Shown here: positions 1 to 10,915 of the stretch, piece by piece
Position numbering within the stretch: the stretch's first letter is position 1
Layout: every line of letters begins with the position of its first letter
DNA from: Mobula hypostoma
Lineage: Eukaryota
DNA: 64,000 nucleotides
Direction: 5' to 3'
Assembly: GCF_963921235.1 (NCBI RefSeq)
Contig: NC_086097.1
Location: 142,292,001-142,356,000, forward strand
Translations under genes and position numbers: made by a program
Notes under the pieces: model-generated
What the model was told of the DNA's origin: nothing
The model's database searches: none
The model's input: the letters and a program-made list of their open reading frames with translations, nothing else

Positions 1-3000
1 GGTTTGGCCACGCTAATGGGCAGTCCTCTGTTGCTCATGTCTGTAGTCGCCTCCTCCACTGTCTGGTACAGTCGCATCCCTTCTTGGTAAAATACCCTCA
101 GTTTAGCAGGGTACGGGGTTTGGAATTTAATCTTTTCTTGCTTTAATATTCGTTTCGTTTTGGAATATTTCTTCCATTTCTGTAGGACCACTAGGGGGGT
201 AATCATGATCGAAGTATATTAACTTCCCATTCCAAAACACCCTCTTCTTACCCCAGGCCCTTCGTAGAATCTCCGCCTTGCTCTTGAATTGAAGGAATTT
301 AAGCACAATTAAGCGCAGCTTATCTTCTCTGTCTCTGGGAGGCCGCTGGACAAGCGAACGGTGCGCCCTTTCAATTCCAATCTCCGTAGTCTGAGGAATC
401 TCCAGCGCCTTCCGCAGCAGCTTGTCTACAAAGTCCATCATTGACAATCCCTCCGCTCCTTCGGGAACGTTATAAATCCTGATATTTTTCCGTCGTGATC
501 TTCCCTCCTGGTCAAGCAATTTACTTTCCTGTTGATTTAATATTTTTATCGTCTTACTTAGTACCTGTTCCACGTTTTGCACGCGAGTTTACATAGAACA
601 TAGAATAGTACAGCGCAGTGCAGGCCCTTTGGCCCACAATGTTATGCCGACCCTCAAACCCTGCCTCCCATATAACCCCCCCACCTTAAATTCCTCAATC
701 TACCTGTCTAGTAGTCTCTTGCTATTCTACGACAGACTCAGGCAGTGCATTCCACGTACCAACCACTCTCTGAATAAAAAACCTTCCTCTAATATCCCCC
801 TTGAACTTCCCACCCCTTACCTTAAAGCCATGTCCTCTTGTATTGAGCAGTGGTGCCCTGGGGAAGAGGCGCTGGCTATCCACTCTGTTCCTTTTATTAT
901 CTTGTACACCTCTATCATGTCTCCTCTCATCCTCCTTCTCTCCAAAGAGGAACGCCCTAGCTCCCTTAATCTCTGATCATAATCCATACTCTCTAAACCA
1001 GCCAGCATTCTGGTAAATCTCCCCTGTACCCTATCCAATGCTTCCACATCCTTCCTATAGTGAGGCGACCAGAACTGGACACAGTACTCCAAGTGTGGTC
1101 TAACCAGAGTTTTATAGAGCTGCATCATTACATCACGACTCTTAAACTCTATCCCTTCATTTATGAAAGTTAACACACCATAAGCTTTCTTAACTACCCT
1201 ATCCACCTGTGAGGCAACTTTCAGGGATCTGTGGACATGTACCCCGAGATCCCTCTGCTCCTCCACACTACCAAGTATCCTGCCATTTACTTTGTACTCT
1301 GCCTTGGAGTTTGTCCTTCCAAAGTGTACCACCTCACACTTCTCCGGGTTGAACTCCATCTGCCACTTCTCAGCCCACTTCTGCATCCTATCAATGTCTC
1401 TCTGTAATCTTTTGACAATCCTCTACACTATCTATAACACCACCAACCTTTGTGTCATCTGCAAACTTGCCAACCCACCCTTCTACCGCCACATCCAGGT
1501 GGTTAATAAAAATCACGAAAAGTAGAGGTCCCAGAACAGATCCTTGTGGGACACCACTAGTCACATTCCTCCAATCCGAATGTAATCCCTCCACCACGAC
1601 CCTCTGCCTTCTGCAGACAAGCCAATTCTGAATCCACCTGGCCAAACTTCCCTGGATCCCACGCCTTCTGACTTTCTGAATAAGCCTATCATGTGGAACC
1701 TTGTCAAATGCCTTACTAAAATCCATACAGATCACATCCACTGCACTACCCTCATCTATATGCCTGGTCACCTCCTCAAAGAACTCTATCAGGCTTGTTA
1801 GACATGATCTGCCCTTCACAAAGCCATGCTGACTGTCCCTGATCAGACCATGATTCTCTAAATGCCCACAGATCCGATCTCTAAGAATCTTTTCCAACAG
1901 CTTTCCCACCACAGACGTAAGGCTCACTGGTCTATAATTACCCAGACTATCCCTACTACCTTTTTTAAACAAGGAGACAACATTCGCCTCCCTCCAATCC
2001 TCTGGTACCATTCCTGTGGACAAGGACATAAAGATCCTAGCCAGAGGCTCAGCAATCTCTTCCCTCACCTTGTGGAGCAGCCTGGGGAATATTCCGTCAG
2101 GCCCCGGGGACTTATCCGTCCTATTGTATTTTAACAACTCCAACACCTCCTCTCCCTTAATATCAACATGCTCCAGAACATCAACCTCACTCGTATTGTC
2201 CTCACCATCATCAAGTTCCCTCTCATTGGTCAATACCGAAGAGAAGTATTCATTGAGGACCTCGCTCACTTCCACAGCCTCCAGGCACATCTTCCCACCT
2301 TTATCTCTAATCGGTCCTGCCTTCACTCCTGTCATCTTTTTTTCTTCACATAATTGAAGAATGCCTTGGGGTTTTCCTTTACTCTACTCGCCAAGGCCTT
2401 CTCATGCCCCCTTCTTGCTCTTCTCAGCCCCTTCTTAAGCTTCTTTCTTGCATCCCTATATTCCTCAATAGACCCATCTGATCCTTACTTCCTAAACCTC
2501 ATGTATGCTGCCTTCTTCCATCTGACTAGATTTTCCACCTCACTTGTCACCCATGGTTCCTTCACCCTACCATTCTTTATCTTCCTCGCCGGGACAAATT
2601 TATCCCTAACATCCTGCAAGAGATCTCTAAACATCGACCACATGTCCATCGTACATTTCCCTGCAAAAACATCATCCCAATTCACACCTACAAGTTCCAG
2701 CCTTATAGCCTCATAATTTGCCCTTCCTCAATTAAAAATTTTCCGGTCCTCTCTGATTCTATCCTTTTCCATGTAATGCTAAAGGCCAGGGAGTGGTGGT
2801 CACTGTCCCCCAGATGCTCAATCACTGAGAGATCTGTGACCTGACCCGGTTCATTACCTAGTACTAGATCTAGTATGGCATTCCCCCTGGTCAGCCTGTC
2901 CACATACTGTGACAGGAATCCGTCCTGGACACACTTAACAAACTCTGCCCCATCGAAACCCTTGGAACTAATCAGGTGCCAATCAATATTAGGGAAGTTA

Positions 3001-3360
3001 AAGTCACCTATGATAACAACCCTGTTATTTTTGCACCTTTCCAAAATCTGCCTCCCAACCTGCTCCTCTGTATCTCTGCTGCTACCAGGGGGCCTATAGA
3101 AAACCCCCAGTAGAGTAACTGCTCCCTTCCTGTTCCTGACTTCCACCCATATTGACTCAAAAGAGGATCCTGCTACATTACCCACCCTTTCTATAGCTGT
3201 AATAGTATCCCTGACCAGTAATGCTACCCCTCCACCCCTTTTTCCACCCTCTCTATCCCTTTTAAAGCACTGAAATCCAGGAATATTGAGAATCCATTCC
3301 TGCCCTGGTGCCAGCCAAGTCTCTGTAATGGCCATTACATCATAATTCCATGTATGTATC

Positions 3361-5896
3361 CAGGAAATTAGAAATGTGTGCAATAAAGGAACAGCAGTTA
3401 TAATGGGTGACTTCAATCTACATGTAGACTGGGTGAACCAAATTGGTAAAGGTGCTGAGGAAGAGGATTTCTTGGAATGTATGCGGGATGGTTTTTTGAA
3501 CCAACATGTCGAGGAACCGACTAGAGAGCAGGCTATTCTGGACTGGGTTTTGAGCAATGAGGAAGGGTTAATTAGCGATCTTGTCGTGAGAGGTCCCTTG
3601 GGTAAGAGTGACCATAATATGGTGGAATTCTTCATTAACATGGAGAGTGACATAGTTAATTCAGAAACAAAGGTTCTGAACTTAAAGAGGGGTAACTTTG
3701 AAGGTATGAGTCGTGAATTAGCTAAGATAGACTGGCAAATGACACTTAAAGGATTGACGGTGGATATGTAATGGCAGGCATTTAAAGGTTGCATGGATGA
3801 ACTACAACAATTGTTCATCCCAGTTTGGCAAAAGAATAAATCAAGGAAGGTAGTGCACCCGTGGCTGACAAGAGAAATTAGGGATAGTATCAATTCCAAA
3901 GAAGTAGCATATAAATTAGCCAGAGAAAGTGGCTCACCTGAGGACTGGGAGAAATTCAGAGTTCAGCAGAGGAGGACAAAGGGCTTAATTAGGAAGGGGA
4001 AAAAAGATTATGAGAGAAAACTGGCAGAGAACATAAAAACAGACTGTAAAAGCTTTTATAGATATGTAAAAAGGAAAAGACTGATAAAGACAAATGTAGG
4101 TCCCCTGCAGACAGAAACAGGTGAATTGATTATGGGGAGCAAGGACATGGCAGACCAATTGAATAATTACTTTGGTTCTGTCTTCACTAAGGAGGACATA
4201 AATAATCTTCCAGAAATAGTAAGGGACAGAGAGCCCAGTGAGATGGAGGAACTGAGTGAAATACATGTTAGTAGGGAAGTGGTGTTAGGTAAATTGAAGG
4301 GATTGAAGGCAGATAAATCCCCAGGGCCAGATGGTCTGCATCCCAGAGTGCTTAAGGAAGTAGCCCAAGAAATAGTGGATGCATTAGTGATAATTTTTCA
4401 AAACTCGTTAGATTCTGGACTAGTTCCTGAGGATTGGAGGGTGGTTAATGTAACCCCACTTTTTAAAAAAGGAGGGAGAGAGAAACCGGGGAATTATAGG
4501 CCGGTTAGCCTAACGTCGGTGGTGGGGAAACTGCTGGAGTCAGTTATCAAGGATGTGATAACAGCACATTTGGAAAGCGGTGAAATGATCGGACAAAGTC
4601 AGCATGGATTTGTGAAAGGAAAATCATGTCTGACGAATCTCATAGAATTTTTTGAGGATGTAACTAGTAGAGTGGATAGGGGAGAACCAGTGGATGTGGT
4701 ATATTTGGATTTTCAAAAGGCTTTTGACAAGGTCCCACACAGGAGATTAGTGTGCAAACTTAAAGCACACGGTATTCAGGGTATGGTATTGATGTGGATA
4801 GAGAATTGGTTGGCAGACAGGAAGCAAAGAGTGGGAATAAACGGGACCTTTTCAGAATGGCAGGCGGTGACTAGTGGGGTACCGCAAGGCTCAGTGCTGG
4901 GACCCCAGTTGTTTACAATATATATTAATGACTTGGATGAGGGAATTAAATGCAGCATCTCCAAGTTTGCAGATGACACGAAGCTGGGTGGCAGTGTTAG
5001 CAGTGAGGAGGATGCTAAGAGGATGCAGGGTGACTTGGATAGGTTGGGTGAGTGGGCAAACTCATGGCAGATGCAATTTAATGTGGATAAATGTGAAGTT
5101 ATCCACTTTGGTGGCAAAAATAGGAAAACAGATTATTATCTGAATGGTGGCCGATTAAGAAAAGGGGAGGTGCAACGAGACCTGGGTGTTATTATACACC
5201 AGTCATTGAAAGTGGGCATGCAGGTACAGCAGGCGGTGGAAAAGGCGAACGGTATGCTGGCATTTATAGCGAGAGGATTCGAGTACAGGAGCAGGGAGGT
5301 ACTACTGCAGTTGTACAAGGCCTTGGTGAGACCACACCTGGAGTATTGTGTGCAGTTTTGGTCCCCTAATCTGAGGAAAGACATCTTTGCCATAGAGGGA
5401 GTACAAAGAAGGTTCACCAGATTGATTCCTGGGATGGCAGGTCTTTCATATGAAGAAAGACTGGATGAACTGGGCTTGTACTCGTTGGAATTTAGAAGAT
5501 TGAGGGGGGATCTGATTGAAACGTATAAGATCCTAAAGGGATTGGACAGGCTAGATGCGGGAAGATTGTTCCCGATGTTGGGGAGGTCCAGAACGAGGGG
5601 TCACAGTTTGAGGATAGAGGGGAAGCCTTTTAGGACCGAGATTAGGAAAAACTTCTTCACACAGAGAGTGGTGAATCTGTGGAATTCTCTGCCACAGCAA
5701 ACTGTTGAGGCCGGTTCATTGGCTGTGTTTAAGAGGAAGTTAGATATGGCCCTTGTGGCTACAGGGGTCAGGGGGTATGGAGGGAAGGCTGGGTTCTGAG
5801 TTGGATGATCAGCCATGATCATAATAAATGGCGGTGCAGGCTCGAAGGGCCGAATGGCCTACTCCTGCACCTATTTTCTATGTTTCTATGTTTCTA
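3361..5896 (+). mobile_element. Young, 5'-truncated CR1 LINE nested in the opposite-strand CR1
   Basis: ORFs 3376-3771 and 3793-5799 are in the same frame, separated by one TAA. Tail TTTCTATGTTTCTATGTTTCTA. The host reading frame rejoins exactly across the insert (TGTATCCA|AGCTCTCAG). Confidence 0.95.
3793..5799 (+). CDS. CR1 ORF2 reverse transcriptase region, 668 aa uninterrupted (endonuclease N-terminus missing)
   Basis: PGPDGLHPRVLKE, NYRPVSLTS, LDFQKAFDKVPH, GVPQGSVLGP, KFADDTK and RPHLEYCVQFWSP motifs. Confidence 0.9.
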   Translation: MDELQQLFIPVWQKNKSRKVVHPWLTREIRDSINSKEVAYKLARESGSPEDWEKFRVQQRRTKGLIRKGKKDYERKLAENIKTDCKSFYRYVKRKRLIKTNVGPLQTETGELIMGSKDMADQLNNYFGSVFTKEDINNLPEIVRDREPSEMEELSEIHVSREVVLGKLKGLKADKSPGPDGLHPRVLKEVAQEIVDALVIIFQNSLDSGLVPEDWRVVNVTPLFKKGGREKPGNYRPVSLTSVVGKLLESVIKDVITAHLESGEMIGQSQHGFVKGKSCLTNLIEFFEDVTSRVDRGEPVDVVYLDFQKAFDKVPHRRLVCKLKAHGIQGMVLMWIENWLADRKQRVGINGTFSEWQAVTSGVPQGSVLGPQLFTIYINDLDEGIKCSISKFADDTKLGGSVSSEEDAKRMQGDLDRLGEWANSWQMQFNVDKCEVIHFGGKNRKTDYYLNGGRLRKGEVQRDLGVIIHQSLKVGMQVQQAVEKANGMLAFIARGFEYRSREVLLQLYKALVRPHLEYCVQFWSPNLRKDIFAIEGVQRRFTRLIPGMAGLSYEERLDELGLYSLEFRRLRGDLIETYKILKGLDRLDAGRLFPMLGRSRTRGHSLRIEGKPFRTEIRKNFFTQRVVNLWNSLPQQTVEAGSLAVFKRKLDMALVATGVRGYGGKAGF

Positions 5897-6532
5897 AGCT
5901 CTCAGTTTATCACCTTTGTTCCTGATGCTTCTTGTATTGAGGTACACACACTTCAACCCTTACTGTCTTTACACCGTTTATTCTGCTTCTTTTTCCTCAA
6001 AGCCTCTCTATATGTTAGATCTGGGTTTACTCCATGCACTTCTTTCACTGTTCTATCGCTCTGGGTCCCATTCCCCTTGCAAATTAGTTTAAACCCTACC
6101 GAACCATGCTAGCAAACCTACCTGCAAGGATATTGCTCCCCCTCGAGTTCAGGTGCAACCCATCCAATCTTCTCAATTCGAGTCTCTGCCACCACTATTT
6201 TCTGATTGACGTTGGTGAGCTCTGACTTTATATCATGGAGCTGCTGCTTTATATCTTTTTGGACTTCCCTTATCTCTTCCAAAATTCTTATCATATTTGC
6301 AGCTTCACCTGCACGAGGCCCAGCGTCAGCCTCGCCGCCACGCGCACGTGTAGGAGAGCTGCGCGTTGTACCTCTCTCTTCCATAGGCTCCGCAGTGGTG
6401 CGTTTTTTAATCTCCAATCTTTCTCCCCATTCTTGCCCCCCCCCTTATCAATTCAGATATTTTCAAAAGATCTTATATTTAATAGATTAACGGGGCAAAA
6501 TATGCGTTTTTCCAGAGGAGCTGTTGATTTAA

Positions 6533-6557
6533 GCTGCCATTCTGAACAATGACGTCA
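6533..6557 (-). promoter_or_regulatory. Putative L1 internal promoter motifs: CRE/ATF palindrome TGACGTCA (6550-6557) and YY1-like AATGGCAGC (6533-6541)
   Basis: Both motifs lie in the first ~40 nt of the L1 5'UTR. A YY1 site near the 5' end is established for mammalian L1; function here is inferred. Confidence 0.4.
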
Positions 6558-6604
6558 CTGGAACAATGACGCCCCCTCCTTTATTCTCTGCATACCCATG
6601 ACTG

Positions 6605-7113
6605 GGAGTACAAAGAAGGTTCACCAGATTGATTCCTGGGATGACAGGACTTTCATATGATGAAAGACTGGATCGACTAGGCTTATATTCGTTAGAATTT
6701 AGAAGATTGAGTGGGAATCTTATTGAAACATATAAAATCCTAAAGAGATTGGACAGGCTAGATGCAGGAAGATTGTTCCCAATGTTGAGGAAGTCCAGAA
6801 CGAGGGGTCACAGTTTGAGGATAAAGGGGAAGCCTTTTAGGACCGAGATTAGGAAAAACTTCTTCACACAGACAGTGGTGAATCTGTGGAATTCTCTGCC
6901 ACAGAAAACAGTTGAGGCCAGTTCATTGGCTATATTTAAGAGGGGGTTAGATATGGCCCCTGTGGCTAAAGAGATCAGGGGATATGTGGGGGGAAGGCAG
7001 GTACAGGGTTCTGAGTTGGATGATCAGCCATGATCATACTGAATGGTGGTGCAGGCTCAAAGGGCCAAATGGCCTACTCCTGCACCTACTTTCTATGTTT
7101 TCTATGTTTTTCT
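6605..7113 (+). mobile_element. CR1 3' fragment with TSD ATGACTG
   Basis: ORF 6629-7033 is homologous to the end of the 668-aa ORF. Tail (TTCTATGTT)n. ATGACTG at 6598-6604 and 7114-7120. Confidence 0.9.
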
Positions 7114-7256
7114 ATGACTGTGTTGCCACCCACAGCTCCAATCTAATTAAATTTGCTGACAATACTACATTGATTGGCCTTATCTTAAATAAAAACGAGG
7201 AAGCCTACAGAGAAGAAGTCATCACCTTGACACAGTAGTGTCAAGAAAACAACCTC

Positions 7257-7635
7257 GATCCAGGACTTATATGCACCTAGAGTCAGGAAGCAAGCAAGCA
7301 GCATCATTGTAGACCCATCACACCCTGGACATCACCTGTTCCAACTCCTTCCTTCTGGTAGGCGCCTTAGATCACTGCATGCCAGGACAAATAGGTACAA
7401 GAACAGTTTCTTTCCGTATGCCATCAGTCTTATGAACACTTGAATTTTAGTCTATTATAAACCAAGTCCACTTGTAAATACATAGGCATACCTCATTGTA
7501 TATAGTTCACGATTATTTGCCCTATTGTTTTGTTTGCTTTTTGATTCTGTACAGCGACAGCTCAGGGAAACCGGCATCAAATTCCCTGTATGTGTCCACT
7601 TACTTGGCGATAATAAAGGATTCTGATTCTGATTC
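7257..7635 (+). mobile_element. 3' fragment of a second Rex1/Babar-type LINE
   Basis: DPSHPGHHLFQLLPSGRRLRS-type C-terminus, followed by AATAAA and a (GATTCT)n tail. Confidence 0.75.
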
Positions 7636-9295
7636 TCCCTCAATGTCGCATAAAACAAAGGAGCTGGTTGTAGACTACAGCAGGAATGAAGGCAGGCTAA
7701 CCCCTATTGACATCAATGGATCTAGGTTTGAGAGGGTGAACAGGTTAAGTTCCTCAGCATACACATCACCAAGGATCTCATATGGTCTGTACATATCAGC
7801 TGTGTGGTGAAAAAAAGCACAACAGCACCTCTTTCACCTCAGATGATTGAATTAGTTTGACATGAGTCCTCAAATCCTTGGGAATTTCTATGAGGGCATA
7901 ATTGAGAGCATCCCGACTGGCTTAACACTGCCTGGTATGGGAACTTCACTTCCCTCAATCGCAGGACTCTGCAGCAAGTGGTGCGGACAGCCCAGTGCAT
8001 CTGTAGATGTGAACTTCAGACTATTCAGGACATTTACAGAAACAGGTGCATGAGAAAGGCCCGAAGGATCATTAGGGACCCAAGTCAACCCAACTACAAA
8101 CTGTTCCAGCTGCTGCCATGCAGGAAACAGAACCACAGCATTAAAGCCAGGACCAACAGGTTCCAGGACAGCTTCTTCCACCAGGCCATCAGACTGATTA
8201 ATTCACACTGATACAATTGTACTGGCAGGACTTGAATGCTATTACCTCTTACAAAGTGAAACCAAGCGAAACGGGTGACAAACAAGGCTTCGCTCCCAGA
8301 TGAACTCTATGCTTTCTATGTTTGTTTTAACTATCAGAACATGGAGGAACCTTCACAAATTCCCACAGTCCCCGATGACCCTATGATTTCAGTCTCTGAG
8401 GCCAAGGTGAGAGCATCCTTCAGGAGGGTGAACACAAGGAAAGCATCTGGCCCAGATGGGGTACCTGTCTGAGTACTGAACCCCTGTGCTGATCAACTGA
8501 CTGGAATGTTCACTGATACCTCTGGCCTCTTGCATCAGCAGTCTGAGGTACCCATCTGCATCAAGCAGGCTTCAATTATACCGTGCCAATGAAGAACATG
8601 GTGACCTGCCTCAAGGACCGTCATCTAGTGGTATTTATATCCACTGTGAATAAGTGCTTTGAGAGGCTGGTGATGAAACATAGCAACACCTGTCTGAAGT
8701 GACTTGGATTCACTCCAATTTGCCTAAAGCACAACAGGTCTACAACAGATGCCATTTCATTGGCTCTTCACTCAACCCTGAAACATCTAGACAGCAAAGG
8801 TGTGTACATTAGTACCTTTATCAACTACAGCTCAGCATTCAACACTATCATCCCCTCAACACTAATCAATAACCTTCAAGGCCTTGGCCTCAATACCTCC
8901 TTGTGGAATTAGATCCTTGATTGCATCACTTCTAGACCCCAGTCAGATCGGATTGACAACATCTCCTCCACATTCTCCACCACAAGGCAGTGTGCTTAGC
9001 CTCCTGTTGTACTCGCTTTATACTTATGACTGTGAGACTACGCACAGCTCCAATGCCATATTTAAGTTTGCTGACAACACCACCATCATTGCCCGAATCA
9101 AAGGTGATAATGAATCTGCACATAGGAGGGAGATTGGAGGAGACTTCCGGTAGCGCTCATGGAGTGAAGTCGCGTTCTTGACTCGCTCCATTACCTCTGA
9201 GTTTTTTTTTCTCTATGGTCAGCTATACTTTAATTAACCATTAAGGCATCAATTTTTACAATACTTTGAATTAAACTGAATTCTCTGACAATTGG

Positions 9296-10195
9296 ATGAT
9301 ACTTAGATCTGCTATGTCTAAGAACGGGAAAAACGGCAAGGATGGTAAACCTCCGGTTAAACCGAAAGCTACGGATCTCCCCCCGACTGAATCACCGGTG
9401 ACTTTGAAAGCAATATCGGAGTTAATTCAGAGGGAAATTTCAACCTCTGTTAGGGAGATGATTCGTACGGAAATTGCAGGCTCTGTTAAAGACCTGATTC
9501 ATACGGAAATCTCAACTAATTTCCAGAAAATTGCCGATTTAATTGATAAGATGCAAACATGTATTGCGGAACATCAGTCGGCTATATCTGATCTTCAAAA
9601 ATTCGCGCAACAAAGTGAGCTTAAGATGGGGAAAATCGAAGAAACAATTAATGTAATGAAGAAGAAACTTGACTTTTTGACTTTTAAAAACTCTGACTTG
9701 GAATCTAGAATGCGACGGCAGAATTTACGAATGATTGGCGTGAGGGAAGCTGTTGAAGCCAACAACCCCATGAAATATTTCTCTCAACTTTTAAAAGATG
9801 CATTCCCTACTGTATTTCCTGACCAACCACCGCTACTGGATCGTGTTCACAGAATCCCATCATACTCGTCTAGGTCAGATAGACCTAGGCATGTTATTTT
9901 ACGTTTTCATTATTTTCAAGACAAGGAGAGACTGTTTCGATTCGCTCGATCTAAAGGTTTCATTGATTTTTCGGATCTTAAGTTCCGATTCGTGGAAGAT
10001 TTCAGTAAACCAATCTGGGACCAATGGGTCCGTTACAGATCCGTGATGTCGGAATTCTATAAGATGGATTTAAGACCAGCGCTGCTGTACCCTGCACGTC
10101 TAAGGATTCGCATGTTAGATGGAGCCCTTCGTTTTTTTGATTCTCCATCGGATACCCAGAGTTATCTGGATCAACTTTCATCTTCAACATCTTAA
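9296..10195 (+). CDS. L1 ORF1p (Transposase_22-like: coiled coil, RRM, CTD), intact 299 aa
   Basis: DLESRMRRQNLRMIGVRE, LDRVHR, PRHVILRF and LLYPARLRI motifs. Confidence 0.92.
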   Translation: MILRSAMSKNGKNGKDGKPPVKPKATDLPPTESPVTLKAISELIQREISTSVREMIRTEIAGSVKDLIHTEISTNFQKIADLIDKMQTCIAEHQSAISDLQKFAQQSELKMGKIEETINVMKKKLDFLTFKNSDLESRMRRQNLRMIGVREAVEANNPMKYFSQLLKDAFPTVFPDQPPLLDRVHRIPSYSSRSDRPRHVILRFHYFQDKERLFRFARSKGFIDFSDLKFRFVEDFSKPIWDQWVRYRSVMSEFYKMDLRPALLYPARLRIRMLDGALRFFDSPSDTQSYLDQLSSSTS

Positions 10196-10915
10196 TTGCC
10201 TTTTTTTAATTATCTCCGTTGATCGGAGGCTGTGAATTGGTTGGTTTTAACTTTTCTGTGCCCTATTTGGGCAGAAAAGTTTACTTTTGATTTCTTAATA
10301 TGGCTGCTAAACTTTCTTTTTAACTGTGTCATTTCTTTCTTTTCCCAGGGGATTCTGGGTGGTTACTTCCCTTTTGTCATCTTACGTATTTCCTGTGCGG
10401 CCTTAAATTTTGTAGTTTTTTTTTAAATTTTATTCTGTTTTGCTTTTTATAATCACTTTATGTTAATAATCCTATTTTTTTTGTTGCTGTGTCTATTCAT
10501 GAGTTTGAGGTTTATTGTGGTTTTTTTTAATATATATTTTCCGGCTTTTGTTCTGTTCTGTGTGTATTTTAATTGAGCTAACTTTTTTTTACTTATTTTT
10601 TTACTGTTTTACAATTAGCTGATCCTTTTCATATTTATACCTTTTTTTTAGGGAGCGTATACCGGAAGTCATGGGGGTAGTTTTAGCGCTTGCTTCTTTC
10701 TGGCGGGTCTGCTTTAGATTTTGCCTTGGGGTCTTGGGGTGGGGGGTGGTGGGAGGGGCTTCACGTTTTAGTTTGTTTCTCTTTGGGCTATATACATTAT
10801 TGAAGTACTGGTTGCGTCCTTTTCCCCGGTATCTTTTGTATGTTCTGTTTCCTCTCCGGGTTTGTGGGTCGCGACTATTGTCAATCCTCCTTGTTGTGGG
10901 TTGACTTTAGGATTT

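Larger units (their letters stand above)
590..6165 (-). mobile_element. CR1 LINE (end of ORF1 esterase + whole disrupted ORF2 + 3' tail), interrupted at 3361-5896
   Basis: RT ORFs 1391-2335 (NYRPVSLTS, QGSVLGP, KFADD) and 817-1386. APE endonuclease at 2703-3360 (ITETWL, GDFNFP, SDH) continues at 5897-5955 (LKCVYLNTRSIRNKGDKLRAW). SGNH esterase motif DGLHLN at ~6145-6165. Tail ACATAGAACATAGAA at 591-605. Confidence 0.93.
1..6570 (-). mobile_element. L1/Tx1-clade LINE, 5' part (5'UTR + ORF1), split by a CR1 insertion at ~590-6165; continues beyond the left edge of the window
   Basis: ORF 6118-6417 (coiled coil ...AETRIEK) and ORF 127-582 (..RVQNVEQ..EGRSRRKNIRIYNVPEG..IERAHR) join into one L1 ORF1p once the insert is removed. 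A frameshifted C-terminus (FQTPYPAKLRVFY) lies at 1-126. The 5' end near 6570 has TGACGTCA and AATGGCAGC. Confidence 0.88.
6571..8220 (+). mobile_element. Rex1/Babar-type LINE RT fragment, host of the L1 (left) and of inserts at 6605-7113 and 7257-7635
   Basis: PLLYSLHTHDC at 6571-6604 resumes as DCVATHSSNLIKFADNTT at 7116. NNL|SLNV rejoins across the second insert. Confidence 0.8.

Noticed and set aside
2703..3899. 398-aa ORF with a novel-looking N-terminus fused to an endonuclease
   Set aside because: Artefact of nesting: the N-terminal half is the antisense of the inner CR1 and the rest is the outer CR1 endonuclease.
6118..6417. 99-aa coiled-coil ORF as a stand-alone gene
   Set aside because: It is the L1 ORF1 N-terminus running into the CR1 insert at ~6165.
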